A DNA stretch of 63,685 nt, the filler included, from Neoconidiobolus thromboides FSU 785 (lineage: Eukaryota > Fungi > Entomophthoromycota), in NCBI GenBank assembly GCA_025603075.1. It is 2 parts of 2 records of this genome, joined end to end, with 100 filler letters (N's around TTAATTAATTAA, not from the genome) between each part and the next. Parts side by side here need not be neighbours in the genome. Positions count along the whole stretch, not along the records: positions 1 to 31,739 come from MU626473.1; 1 more part is not named here. One strand, written 5' to 3'. The notes beneath the pieces were generated by a model. The model saw only the letters and a list, made by a program, of their open reading frames with translations, did not search any database and had not been told where the DNA came from. Numbering within the stretch: position 1 is the first letter of the stretch; each line of letters begins with the position of its first letter. The position numbers and the translations under genes were made by a program. This document shows, piece by piece, positions 1 to 14,197 of the stretch.

Positions 1-1271
1 GAAATACTTATCTATCTTGTTTACAAGGGGTTTGTGTCTTTAACTCGGTTTTTTTGGAAATGGACAAGAGGTAGCTAAAGCTACCTATTGGATAGATGGT
101 TTATTTTTAGAATATAATTAATTTGCTTTGACTAAAGAAAACTTACACCTATGGAGAGTACTATAAACGCTTCCCAGGATACCAAATATATCCAAAAACG
201 CCTTCAAGTCTCTAAGGAAAGATCTACCCAAGTTACAAACTTTATCATCTGTCTCGTCTTTAATCTCATAATCATTGTTATTTAACTCATCTTTCACACC
301 TCAATTCTTGCTGTCTGACTCATCGTTTGCTTTACAATTTTTGATGTTTGAATCAACATTTATTTCGAGTTTTATATCGTTATCCACCACATTTAATTTT
401 GTAAAATCTTGAATAAGGGTAATTCAAATAATTAACAAGCAATATTTTGGTTTAAAACAAGCTCACATTTTCTATTGATTCACAATCAAAATCAACATTA
501 TTTACTGTCAACTATTAAATCTGAATAATCAAATTAAATGCCAAGTTAGAGGATTCTATAACAACTCTTAAAAAGTAGGATAAAACAACAACACGAGTTT
601 AACATGCATAAAATCATAGTATATGCTAGGGATAGCTATGAATATGCTTTCATCTGCTTTGATAGCTTTGGCCTAAAATATCAATATAAAACTTAAATTA
701 AAACTTTAGTTACGTCTGTTTTTTCATATACAATAAATATTTTCGAACAATCTATAGACAGTTTACTCAGTAACCAATTCTTATTCATATCATAACTTGT
801 AGATAACCTTCTTCGAAGATAGTTCTATTATCTAAAATATAAATAAAAATTACCGTTTTGTCTATTTATTTGTTTTATTCACTATCTTTAAATTTCACTG
901 TCATCGTGATACTTTAAGTATGCTACTGAAAATTTTCTATCCAAACAACTAACCTGGTAGGTAGATTGGGTTTCCTCTACCAATTTATTATCGCTACTTA
1001 TCTTTATGATATCTTCATAAAAATATATGTTTTATTTCTTGTGCTACCGTTGAATACCTTTTTCACTTATTTTGAAAATAAAAAATAGTAAAATGAGTTG
1101 ATGTTTACAATAATTCGAGTTTTTATAACAAATTCGAAAATTGCTTAGAAATGAAGTAGCTATTAAGTGTAAAATCATGCCTACATGAATGCTATTTAAA
1201 CAGTTATGTAAATATAATAAAATGTTAGTTGAATTACGTTTAGTTATTTTATTTTGATTCTATTTAGTCTT

Positions 1272-3037
<1,766 letters not shown>

Positions 3038-3245
3038 GTTAAAATACTTTACACTGTGTAATCAATTTTTGGGATTTTGGCTAAAATTTAAAATCTTAAA
3101 TCAACATAACCATTCTTGCTTTCGAATATAGCAACTTATTTAATTTAATTTTGAACTTTAATCTCGAAATTTAGCATGCATAAAACTCAAAAATAAGATT
3201 ATTCCTTATTGCTTTTTCTTTTTATTTCTTTTTTATTCAATAGAG

Positions 3246-5196
3246 ATGGGTGATTCTAGATTTGAGGATTGTTCGGATGAAGAGAATTTCGTTATAAAGG
3301 AAACGCAGAAAGAGATTAAAGGTAATTTGAATCAAAATATTATAAATGAAGACGATGAATATTGGAATGAATCGGATGAAGTAGAGTTTGAAGACGATTA
3401 TGACGACCAGCTTAATCACCTTGACCAATGGAATGAAGCATCTGGAGGTAATAAAATAGAGTGTTTAAATTTATTAGATTATTGATAGTTTTTAGACTTC
3501 ACCAAACAATACAATAAGATAAAGTCGAGACTAAATCAATTAGCCATAAGTTCACCAGCTAGTGGAGCGTCTAAAGAAAAAGTTAAAGAAAAGGCTAAAG
3601 ATAAAAAAGAACTAGTCAAAGAAGAAGCAGGAGCAACTAATAAGTCTAAAAATGTTTATTTAGATCAACTAGCTGCTCTTTCTAAATTTTCTAATAAAAT
3701 TAATTTAGGTAATTCAATAAATATAGTGGTTTATTTAGTATTAATAATTTAGGCGCTATGTTCAATACACAAACTACAGCTGTAGGTGATGGTGGAGGTA
3801 GTCGTAAAGCACAAGGTTATAAACACGTCAATGTAGATAAAGCAGATAGGGCTACTACTGAGCAAGTGTTGGACCCTAGGACACGTATCATTTTATTCAA
3901 GATGTTAAATCGTAACTTATTTACTGAGGTGAATGGATGTATTAGTACAGGTAAAGAGGCCAATGTTTACCATGCAAGTACAGAAGAAGGTGGCCACCTA
4001 GCTATAAAGATTTATAAGACCAGTATCCTTACTTTCAAGGATCGTGATAAGTATGTTACTGGAGAATATCGTTTTAGAAATGGGTACTCAAAATCGAATC
4101 CACGTAAAATGGTAAAAGTTTGGGCTGAAAAAGAACTAAGGAATTTGAAACGTCTTCAACAGGCTGATATCCCATCCCCAAAGCCAATTCTTTTACGTAT
4201 GCATGTTTTAGTTATGGAATTTTTGGGAGATGATAAAGGATGGGCTTATCCAAGATTGAAGGATGCTAATATTAGTGCAGATCGTTTCCCTTCCCTTTAT
4301 CTTCAGTTGGTTAAAATTATGCGTAAGATGTATCATGTTTGTAAACTGGTACACGCTGATTTATCAGAATATAATTTACTTTATCATCATAAAAAAATTT
4401 ATGTAATTGATGTATCGCAAAGTGTTGAACAAGATCATCCACATGCATTTGAGTTTTTAAGATCGGATTGTACAAATATCACCGATTTTTTTAGAAAAAG
4501 AAATGTAGCTGTTATGACAGTTAAAGAGCTCTTTCAATGGGTTGTAGATCCTAATTTACCAGTTGAAGATGGGCCAGAGTTAGATGAGATATTGGAAGGT
4601 ATTTCAGTCAAAGTAGCTAGTAGAAGTTTAGAAGAAAGTAAAAAATTATTAAGTGAGGAAGAGGTATTTAAACAAACTTATATCCCTCGTCATTTGGAAG
4701 AAGTTATCAACGTGGAAGGCGATTTGGATCGTATTGAAGCTGGTAAAGGGGATGAACTTACTTACACCTCTCTTTTGAAGGGAGTTAATATATCTAATCC
4801 TATTAAAGAAATGCAAGAGCAATTACTCTCTAATAAAAAGGCGCAGGATTCCGATGAAGCTGAGTCTGAGGATGAAAAAGATGATGAAGACGACAATGAA
4901 GATGACGATGAAGAAAATATAGATAGTGATAAAGAAGGAGAAGACTCAGATGAAGATAGCGATGAATGGGAAGAAAGGGAGAAAAATGTTGGTAAAGGAA
5001 AAAGATATGAGGACCCAGAGCTTAAAAAGGTAATAATAATAATAAATAAATAAATAAAAAATACTAAATTTATTTATAGCAACGTAAAAAGGAAGCAAAG
5101 GAACAAGCTAGAGAAAGTAGAAAAACAAAGATACCAAAAGCAGTTAAAAAGAGAAAAGAAAAATTAACTAGTACTAAGAAAGGTAAAAAGAAATAG
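3246..5196 (+). CDS. RIO1: RIO1 atypical Ser/Thr kinase (40S maturation), 4 exons
   Basis: [35 protein letters not shown] and IDVSQSVE motifs, with an acidic then basic tail. Introns at 3448-3495, 3709-3752 and 5030-5079 keep the frame. Confidence 0.96.
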
Positions 5197-5494
5197 AGAG
5201 TTTATAGAATTTAAAGATTATTATTAAAGAGCATTCAAATGTATCCTTTCATTTTACTTTTTAAATAGTATATTTACACTTTCAAACCAGACTATTTTTA
5301 TCATTTATTTTATATTTATTTAATGTTCTTTATTTTGTATTTAATGTTATTTTATATTTTAATAAAAATGTTAAAGTTTGTTTAAAATTTAAATATTCTT
5401 TTATTTTACTACCAAAAAAGTAATTTTCTATAGTTGGATTTAAATCATTGAATAGATAGAGAAGGTTATTTACACTTCAAATAATAATTATGAT

Positions 5495-7075
5495 TTAAGA
5501 AAAGAGACGTTTTTCGTAATTATGGAGACCATGGACCCCACCTTCAACCTGAGCAGCAGCAGTACGCTTTTCAAAACGTACTTTACCACTAAATACACCT
5601 TCTTGGAGAAGAGAAACTGAACGGACACCAATGTCTTGGAGTCCATGCTGGAGTCCAATGAATAAATAAGGTACAAATTTACGAATGGAACCCTTATCGA
5701 CAACTGAACCAGCTACACCTTGAGCAACTTTAATAGCATCAGACTCAGAGAAATAACGAGCTAATGAACCAGAATCTTGTTTAGCTTTATCACCTGATTT
5801 TTCCATAGCATCGATGGAGCCCATACCACGATATCTCTTGAGCCTTTTACCTTCGTGGTAAAAGTACTCTCCAGGAGACTCTAAAGTGCCTGCTAACAAA
5901 CCACCCATCATAACAGCTGAAGCACCAAGAGCTACGGCTTTAGTGATATGACCAACGTTTTGGATACCACCATCAGCAATAACTGGAATACCAAATTGAC
6001 GAGCAAATTGAGATACACGGTAAACGGCAGTTCCTTGAGGACGACCAACAGCCATAACTTCTTGAGTAATACAGATGGACCCAGAACCCATACCAACGCG
6101 AAGAGCATCGGCACCAGCAACAATAAGCTCAGCAGCTTGTTCACGGGTAACTACGTTTCCGGCAATGACTTCTACTTTAGGGTAAGTAGATTTGATGAAT
6201 TTAATCATCTCAATTTGGAAAGTAGAGTTTCCTTGAGAACTATCAATTACAACAATATCAAGTCCAGCTTCAACAAGTACAGCGAGGCGGGTGCGATCTT
6301 CTGGACGAGTACCGATAGCAGCAGCAACCAAAAGTTGCTTCGAGTTTTTGCATTTAGAAGCTAATGGGAAGTCACGGTTTTTAAGGAGATCGGAGCGGGA
6401 TAAGAGGGAAACAAGTTCGTAATTTTTATTAACGATAGGGAGTTTACCTTTTTTACTTTCTTTTAAGATTTTGTTGGCTTCATCTAAAGTGACGCCTTCT
6501 TGAGCAACAACAAGCTCTTTGGTCATAACATCACTAACCTTAGTTTCAGAGTTATGAATAAACTGAATATCACGACCAGTAACTAAACCAATTAATTTGG
6601 AGTTTAATTTACCATTTTCAGTGATTGGAATACCACAGAAACCATATCTAGCTTTGATGTCCCATACATCAGCAATGGTAGAATCTGGCGAAAGTACAAT
6701 TGGTTCAGAGATGAAACCATTTTCAAAAGTTTTTACCTTACGAACCATTAAAGCTTGTTCTTCTGAGGAGCAGTTGTTATGAATAACACCTAAACCACCG
6801 AGTAAAGCCATATTGATAGCCATATCAGCTTCAGTAACGGTATCCATAGGACTGGAAACAAAAGGAGTTTTGAGCTTATAGTTCTTAGTAATATTGACTT
6901 CACAATCAACGATATGAGCAGGGAAGTCAATATGACCTGGAAGGATTAAGAAATCATTGTAAGTTAAACCACCTGAGATTTGAGGGTCCATCAACTCTTC
7001 AGCACTTAAACCATCAGCAGTTTGGTTCTTGAGTACTTCTAAGGCACTGGCACAGTCTAAATACTTTCCATTCAT
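5495..7075 (-). CDS. IMPDH: Inosine-5'-monophosphate dehydrogenase with CBS pair, single exon
   Basis: 526-aa ORF with [21 protein letters not shown], catalytic [10 protein letters not shown] and YRGMGS. Confidence 0.98.
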   Translation of the reverse strand: MNGKYLDCASALEVLKNQTADGLSAEELMDPQISGGLTYNDFLILPGHIDFPAHIVDCEVNITKNYKLKTPFVSSPMDTVTEADMAINMALLGGLGVIHNNCSSEEQALMVRKVKTFENGFISEPIVLSPDSTIADVWDIKARYGFCGIPITENGKLNSKLIGLVTGRDIQFIHNSETKVSDVMTKELVVAQEGVTLDEANKILKESKKGKLPIVNKNYELVSLLSRSDLLKNRDFPLASKCKNSKQLLVAAAIGTRPEDRTRLAVLVEAGLDIVVIDSSQGNSTFQIEMIKFIKSTYPKVEVIAGNVVTREQAAELIVAGADALRVGMGSGSICITQEVMAVGRPQGTAVYRVSQFARQFGIPVIADGGIQNVGHITKAVALGASAVMMGGLLAGTLESPGEYFYHEGKRLKRYRGMGSIDAMEKSGDKAKQDSGSLARYFSESDAIKVAQGVAGSVVDKGSIRKFVPYLFIGLQHGLQDIGVRSVSLLQEGVFSGKVRFEKRTAAAQVEGGVHGLHNYEKRLFS

Positions 7076-7565
7076 TTTAATTTTGGGGAATGTTAAATTT
7101 TAAATTCCCATGATTAAAGATTGATTTCAAGCCTATTTATACTTCTCCATAATAAAAATTAAGCTTTAATTGGTTAATCTTATTCTCGGTGTAAATAGAC
7201 AACAAATTACAATCGATTAATTTAGGATGACTTATGATCTTATTGGTAGATAGGAATTAATTTTTGTGTATTTGATTTAGGTTAACCAAAGGAATATTAT
7301 TAGGAGTTAGTCATTTTAGTTTAAACCTAAAACTTTTGAATAGGTCCCGTAGCCCGCCTTACAGTATGTAATGGTAGCTTCGTTTTGCTTCTAAAAACAT
7401 ATTTACATAAATGGCAAATATTTATAATTTATGATACTTCACCTTGATATAAAATTGTATATAAACTTAGCTAAAATATTACATTCATTTATTTGTATTT
7501 GAATTATAAACATAATAATCTAACTATTTGTAATCCAAAAGTTTATGGTTTAGATTGATAACATT

Positions 7566-7672
7566 ATATGGGAGTGTTTTTTTTTACTTCATTACTTTTT
7601 CCATCTTTTAAGCGCTATTTGAGTGGAAAAGTTATTAGTAAAATTCTTAAATACAAAAATACATCCCCATAT
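7566..7672 (+). mobile_element. ~106-bp MITE-like element, copy 1 (orientation A)
   Basis: ATATGGGAGTG...TTTTAAGCGCTATTTGAGTGGAAAA...TTAGTAAAATTCTTAAA...ACATCCCCATAT; imperfect ~18-bp terminal inverted repeats. Confidence 0.85.
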
Positions 7673-7890
7673 AGCCTGTCTTAATTTGTTATGTATATAA
7701 CACTTTAAGGGGTTTTATATTAAAACATCAAATATTCATGATCAATAAATACCAACTTTTTGAAGTTTCAATTCTGTTATTTGCCTAATAAGGTATTTTG
7801 AACTTAGTAAGTTTTTACACTTAAGGATTGAGTTCGTTATAATTTCAATCAGGCTTTTAAACTCGGCTTGGAATAGATTGAATGTTTGTA

Positions 7891-7995
7891 ATACGGGGGT
7901 GTTTTTTTGATTTTATTATTTTTTCTATCTTTTAAGCGCTATTTTAGTAGAAAAATTGTTAGTAAAATTCTTAAATACAAAAGTACATCCCCATA
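7891..7995 (+). mobile_element. MITE-like element, copy 2 (A)
   Basis: ATACGGGGGTGT...TTTTAAGCGCTATTT...TTAGTAAAATTCTTAAATAC...ACATCCCCATA. Confidence 0.8.
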
Positions 7996-8277
7996 CTTTA
8001 CTTCGGATTTCATGTTTAAATTATTGAATCTTCAATAATGATTATTATATTGGTAAAAAGATAATATCCTTATATTTGCTGTAAGGAATTAATTAGATGA
8101 GCTTACTTTGCTGGATGGTTAGTTTAGATAAAATTCACTTTTTTAAAACGGTTTAACTATTATTAGATATACTAAACTTCATTTTTTAAATGAAATATAA
8201 TTAACTAAAATTCTACTTAAAGATTAACGCTATTAAATAAATATATATTACTATTGAAAAGTGACTTTATTTAATAA

Positions 8278-9459
8278 TTAAGCCCATTCACGAGGATTTT
8301 TCAATACATGGATTAAAATTTCTTCTGGAGAATTAGGCTTTGGTTTGAAATCATATTGCCAACGTGCAGTGAGAGGTAAAGAAACAAGAATAGACTCAAT
8401 CCTTGGGTTGGGGGTATGTAAACCAAACTTAGTACCTCTATCATGGATGAGATTAAACTCAACATATCTACCTCTTCTTAACTGTTGCCACTCTTTTTGT
8501 TCTTGAGTAAAATTAGCGTCTTTTCTCTTTTCAACAAGGGGGAGGTAAGATGGTAAGAAAGAGTTACCACATGCTTTAACAAAGTTGAATAAGTCTTCTT
8601 TATTGCCAAAGCGCTCATCCAAATCATCAAAAAATATACCGCCAATACCACGACATTCACTACGATGGGTATTAACAAAATATTTGTCACACCATTTTTT
8701 AAACTTGGAATAAAAATCAGGGTTTGTTTGATCACATGCGGATTTTAATGTTTTGTGAAAGTGTTTGGCGTCTTCAACAAATAAATAAGCTGGTGTTAAA
8801 TCCGAACCACCACCAAACCACCAAACAGGTTCTTTAGTATTTGGATTTTCAACTTCAAAATATCTATAATTCAAATGGACCGTCGGTGCCATTGGATTTT
8901 TTGGATGAATGACTAAAGATATTGAAGCAGTAAAAAAATTAAATGGTCCATCACCTTCTAACTTCTCACTAGCTTCAGCACGCATCTGTTTTACAGCAGG
9001 TTTTGGTAGCTTACCATGTACTATAGAAATATTTACTCCTGCTCTTTCAAATACATTACCATCTTCCAATACACAACTTATCCCTTCTCCTCCTAATGCT
9101 CGTTGCCATGAATCTTGTTTAAAACTTTTACCATCCAGTTTACTGATTTCTGAGCAGATATCCTTTTGTAGTTGTTTTATGTATTCGCTCATAAGTTTCC
9201 TCATTGGTACCTCTTCTTCTACTCTTGTACTGATATACTTTGGCGCTTCACACGAAATCAAGGTTTTCTATTCAAAAAATTAAATCAAATTAAAAATATA
9301 AATTCTAATTACCTTATACAAAGGACCTAAGTCATATTGTTTATTAAGATAATATGCACTTAAACTTAAGCCTAAAATAGGAACAGTAACCTTCAATGGA
9401 TTTTTATAAGCAATCGTAAGTTCTTTAATATTATGTTTTATTGTATTCAACCGATTCAT
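8278..9459 (-). CDS. HEM13: Oxygen-dependent coproporphyrinogen III oxidase with N-terminal extension, 2 exons
   Basis: GNVFERAGVNIS, HPKNPMAPTVHLNYRYF, WWFGGGSDLTP, RGRYVEFNL and RGTKFGL motifs. Exon 1 is 9459-9313 and the intron is 9312-9268. Confidence 0.96.
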
Positions 9460-9942
9460 TTTTAAAATTGATTTTTAGATTTTTTTGAATTTTGAATTTT
9501 ATATTACGTAGACTAAACCTGATTGACTTGAATAAAAGTGGGCCGATTTAATTTTAAATATTCCCAAGTATAAAAATGAACTTTGCTATATGATTGTATA
9601 CGATAAATTTATTTATCATGAGTTTTACTCATGAGCATATAATAAAGTTCGATATTTTTGTATCGGTTTATAGCACGCTGTCTTTATTCTTTATAAATAC
9701 CATAAAAATAGACTGATTTTTAGTTTAGCTTTTTGTTGTTTTTTTATATTTAATCATTTTTATTTCTGTGTTTATCTAATGATCTTTTTTTGATACAATA
9801 TCAAATTAAATAATTTTAGTTTATATATAATGAGTTATTTTAATGCTGTATTAACGTAGATGATTTATTCACAACTTGTACTAAATAACAATATTAAAAC
9901 TGTTTTTTATCTCATAAGACAAGCAGTTATCTTTAAGTCAAC

Positions 9943-10049
9943 ATATGGGGATGTTTTTTTTAGCTTCATTACTTTTTCCATCTTTTAAGCACTATCTGAA
10001 CGGAAAAATTGTTAGTAAAATTCTTAAATACAAAAACACATCCCCATAT
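9943..10049 (+). mobile_element. MITE-like element, copy 3 (A)
   Basis: ATATGGGGATGT...TTTTAAGCACTATCTGAACGGAAAA...TTAGTAAAATTCTTAAA...ACATCCCCATAT. Confidence 0.85.
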
Positions 10050-10498
10050 ACTATATCATTCTATAATTATATTAATAAGTTTCAACTTAGCATGTTAATT
10101 AGTATCAGTTGGATTTTTCATATATATATTTATTTAACATTTATAATGATTGTTAAGTTGAACAAAAAAGATATTCCCATATATTGTCACTAATAGTTAT
10201 TTACTGATTTGAACATAGTATGAGGTATATTCTCGAATTAATAAAATAAAATAAGTTACTTGTGATTTTATTTTATGTTTATATTAATCTAACCTTTTAT
10301 CTAACCTTCATATTTTAGTCCATACTTTTTTAAATTATGAAAGCTCGAATTTTTATAAGATTTTCAGTGTCAAAAAAGTAAGAATAATATAACAAAGCTA
10401 GTTACTTTAAACCTTTATAAGTACTAATTACACCAGTATTCTTTTCTGATTACGTTTCCTTGTTACGTCGTTGATATTTAACTTTTGAGTATTTATAT

Positions 10499-10553
10499 TA
10501 CATAATACATAATACATAATACATAATACATAATACATAAACATAATACATAA
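10499..10553. repeat. Heptanucleotide tandem repeat (TACATAA)x~8
   Basis: Six perfect TACATAA units, one unit with a 1-nt deletion, then one more perfect unit. Confidence 0.92.
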
Positions 10554-11203
10554 GTGTGAATTTTTTAAAATTTAAAAAGTATATTAATACATAATAGCAA
10601 TTTTAATTTAAAAATCAGAATTCATTACAATAAGTCTATAATACATATATTAAATAGATCGTAAATGTTTATTGGTGTTAGTAAGATATAATATAACAAA
10701 AAAGCTAAAATTTTATTTAAATATTCTATTAAATTATAGTAGATTCACTTTCAATTTAACTTTTATAAATCGGAAAATAGAGTTTGATTTTAGAATTAGA
10801 ATCAAGTGCTCAACTTTATATTAAATTTTAAAACAGTATGGGGATTTGGGGAATTATGATAAGATGGTGGATTTTAATTGGCTATGGAATGTGGTTTGAT
10901 TCATTATTATGGCATATAATTTTCTCCTTAAATTTAGATTAGTTCTTTATCAAGCTAAGATTAAATTTATCATTTGCTTATTGCATACTTATGAAAAAAT
11001 AACAATATTTCTTCTAAAATACGATGCATGATTGGGTATTTTAACAATGCGCAATCATTAATGTGGTTTTTATTGGTTGATAATGAAATCAATTAGAAGT
11101 TAACAAACCCAATTAAATACTGGTACCACATGGAATAAAAGTAAATAAAATGTAAAGAACAGAAATCTTAAGATTATCTTTTGTTAGATTAAATAAAACT
11201 ATA

Positions 11204-13073
11204 ATGACTTCTGCCGCTAAAGCTAAACGTGCCGAAAAGAAAGCCGGTAAAAAACTTGGAAAAAAGGGTGCCGCTGCTGAAGTTGACCCAAATGAAATCG
11301 ATATGAAGTCTCTTAAAATTACTTATGATCGTTCCGCTACTGGTGTACTTACCTCTCAAGAAAGTTCAAGAGATATAAAGATTGAATCTTTTACTCTTTC
11401 TTTCCATGGTAGGTTACTTATCTCTAATGCTACCATTGAACTCAATTTTGGTCGTCGTTATGGTCTTCTTGGCTCTAACGGTTCAGGTAAATCTACTTTC
11501 CTTAACTGTTTAGCTGCCCGTGAAGTACCTATTCCATTACACACTGATGTAAGTTTAGTCTAATTTAATTTTGTATGTTTACTAAATAATAATTAGATTT
11601 ATCTTTTAAATGAAGAAGCTGAACCAAGTGAGTTCACTGGTGTAGAATATGTTATTGACCATGCTGAAAAAGAAGTCGCAGTAAGTTAAATATAATATCA
11701 TACTACAGTTATAATTAATTATTATTTAGCGTCTTGAACATCGTGTTGAAGAACTTCTTGGAGAAGAAGGCGGTAGTGATAATCCTGAAATTGATGATCT
11801 TTACGAACGTATTGAACAAATGGATCCTGCTACTTTTGAATCCCGTGCTGCCACATTATTAAATGGTCTTGGATTCGGACCAGAAATGATGAAGAAAAAG
11901 ACTAAAGATATGTCTGGAGGATGGCGTATGCGCGTATCTCTAGCTAAGGCACTTTTCATTAAGCCCACCCTTTTACTTCTTGATGAACCTACCAATCATT
12001 TAGATTTAGAAGCTTGTGTCTGGCTCGAAGAATATTTAAAGACTTATGATCGTATCTTAGTCGTTGTTTCTCATTCTCAAGATTTCTTAAATGGTGTATG
12101 TACTAATATCATGGATCTCACCCATCTTAAAACTTTAGTCTACTATGGTGGTAATTATGATACTTATGTTAGAACTAAAGCTGAGAATGAAGTCAATCAG
12201 AACAAGGCTTATGCTAAACAACAAGCTGAAATTGAGCATATTAGAAAGTTCGTAGCTTCCGCTGGTACATATGCCAATTTAGTTAAACAAGCTAAAAGTA
12301 AACTTAAGATTATTGAAAAGATGGAAGCCGATGGTCTTATCCAAAAGGTTGAAAATCCATTCCCATACAAATTCGATTTCCTTGATGTTGACAAGTTACC
12401 TCCACCAGTATTATCATTTGCTGATGCTGCCTTTGCTTACTCTGGAAAGATGGAAGATGCTCTTTACAAACATTTAGAATTAGCTGTTGATATGGATTCC
12501 AGAATTGCTATTGTAGGGCCTAATGGTGTTGGTAAATCAACCCTTCTTAAACTTATGACTGGTGAACTTCAAGCTACCGATGGACGTGTTACTCGCCACA
12601 CTAAACTTAAGCTTGCTAAATATTCTCAGCATTCTAATGATCAACTTGATGGTGAACTTACTCCAATTGACTATATGCGCAGAAAATTCCCTGGTGAACC
12701 ACAAGAAATGGATCACTGGCGTCGTATTTTAGGTAGATATGGTCTTTCTGGTAACCATCAAACTTCCTTGATCAAAACCTTATCCGATGGTCTTAAGTCT
12801 CGTTTAGTATTTGGAGAACTTGCTTTATCTCGCCCACATATTCTCTTGTTCGATGAACCTACCAATCATTTAGATATGGAGTCTATTGATTCTTTAGCTG
12901 ACGCTATTAATAGGTTTGATGGTGGTATGGTTTTAGTGTCCCATGATTTCCGTTTGATTTCTCAAGTAGCTCAAGATATATGGCTTTTACAAGATAAAAA
13001 GGTTACTTTATGGGCTGAAGGTGGTATCAAAGCTTATAAAGAATCCCTTCGTAAGAACGTTAAACTCGTTTAA
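11204..13073 (+). CDS. ARB1: ABC-F family ATPase ARB1/ABCF2, 3 exons
   Basis: Two ABC domains (GSNGSGKST, MSGGWRMR, LLLLDEPTNHLD; GPNGVGKST, LSDGLKSR, FDEPTNHLD) and no TM segments. Introns at 11549-11596 and 11681-11729. Confidence 0.96.
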
Positions 13074-13356
13074 ACTCACTTCTCCGTTATATATTCACTG
13101 TTTTATCCTTATATTAGAAATGTAATATAACTTTGATCGAAAGATTTTTAATGCTTATAGATAGTTTTATCCCAACCTTATTAAATAAATATTTTTAATA
13201 AAATAATACTGGATGCTCAAATTTTGTTTTATAAATAATTTAAATAATTTATTAGAAATAGAATTATTGTAGAAATAGTGTAGTTATGAATAATTTATAA
13301 TAGTTTATTAAGAGAATATACAGTTTATGAAAAGAATATATAAATAAGATGAAATA

Positions 13357-14039
13357 TTATTCCGGCTTATCTTCAGTTGTTTTACTTTTAAATATAGATT
13401 CTTCTAAATCTAAAATATTTTTTAAACTTTGGTTTCTAAATAAAATAGCTATAAGACTATCATCAATATATATAAAACAATAGCTATACCTTAAACAAAA
13501 CCATTCTTCCAGTTTTTGAATACTCTGCTCAAAATTTAAACTACCGGATTTATAAGCGCTTAGTACTTGATTTGATACTTCCTTTTGTTCCTCATTTTCT
13601 AAATTAACACTAACAAAATAGTTCATTTAGTTTAAAATTCTTATAAATAAAATAAAATAAAAACTCACCCACTATTAAACAAGCCTTTAACAACCAAAGC
13701 ACTATCTTCTTTGTCAATCAGTTGATCAAATTCTTTACCAACAACTTCCTCTTTATCATCTTTATCAAAACATAATGCATCATAAGCAAGAAAAAGATTA
13801 GAAAAACAAAACAAATTTTTCACTTCTTTAGCTGAGTCATCTAATTCAATTAATATTGAATCGGATTTAACGATCTTCTCTGGTATATCTTCGTCTTCAA
13901 AAACAAAGTGATAATTGGTACATAATATGGATTGTTGACTAAAATCATCTGAGATTATAATTTTATTGGGTAAAGTTATAGCTTTTTCTTGTATGGATTG
14001 GATGTTGTCACTAGTTGTAGATGTAGGTGATGTGGACAT
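13357..14039 (-). CDS. Hypothetical acidic protein (~200 aa), tentative Atg31-like
   Basis: Two ORF pieces join in frame through a GTGAGT...TTAG intron. The motif CTNYHFVFEDED...ILIELDDS resembles yeast Atg31 as I recall it (TNIKYIFED...IIVQLDES). The gene is likely real; the function is tentative. Confidence 0.6.
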
Positions 14040-14197
14040 ATTTTGAAAAATTTGTTTAATAGATAAATTTATTTTTTGATTTCATAATTTAGGTTTTATT
14101 TTGCAATTACTTGAATCAAAGGCTTGGTTTTTTTGCAAAGTTGAAATTAGTAGGAAGATTTATGCTTTGAAGATTTTTAGTTTTGAATTGTTTTAAA

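Noticed and set aside
69-86. Perfect 7-bp hairpin AGGTAGC-TAAA-GCTACCT as a Helitron 3' end or terminator
   Set aside because: No CTRR terminus follows, and a single short hairpin is expected by chance.
5241-5250. GTATCCTTT as a U12-type (minor) intron donor (also at 2707 and ~28543)
   Set aside because: It lies in a 3' UTR, antisense to a gene, or inside an uninterrupted VPS13 frame; the introns I traced were ordinary GT-AG.
5750-5850. IMPDH as a mycophenolate-resistant (IMPDH-B/MpaF-like) self-resistance gene
   Set aside because: It has the canonical YRGMGS tyrosine, housekeeping neighbours and no PKS/NRPS nearby.
7566-7672. The repeat as a tRNA-derived SINE or snRNA
   Set aside because: No Pol III A/B boxes, no poly(A) or T-run tail, and symmetrical TIR-type ends.
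10499-10553. (TACATAA)n as an interstitial telomere or CRISPR-like array
   Set aside because: There is no G-run as in telomeric repeats and there are no spacers; it is a simple short tandem repeat.
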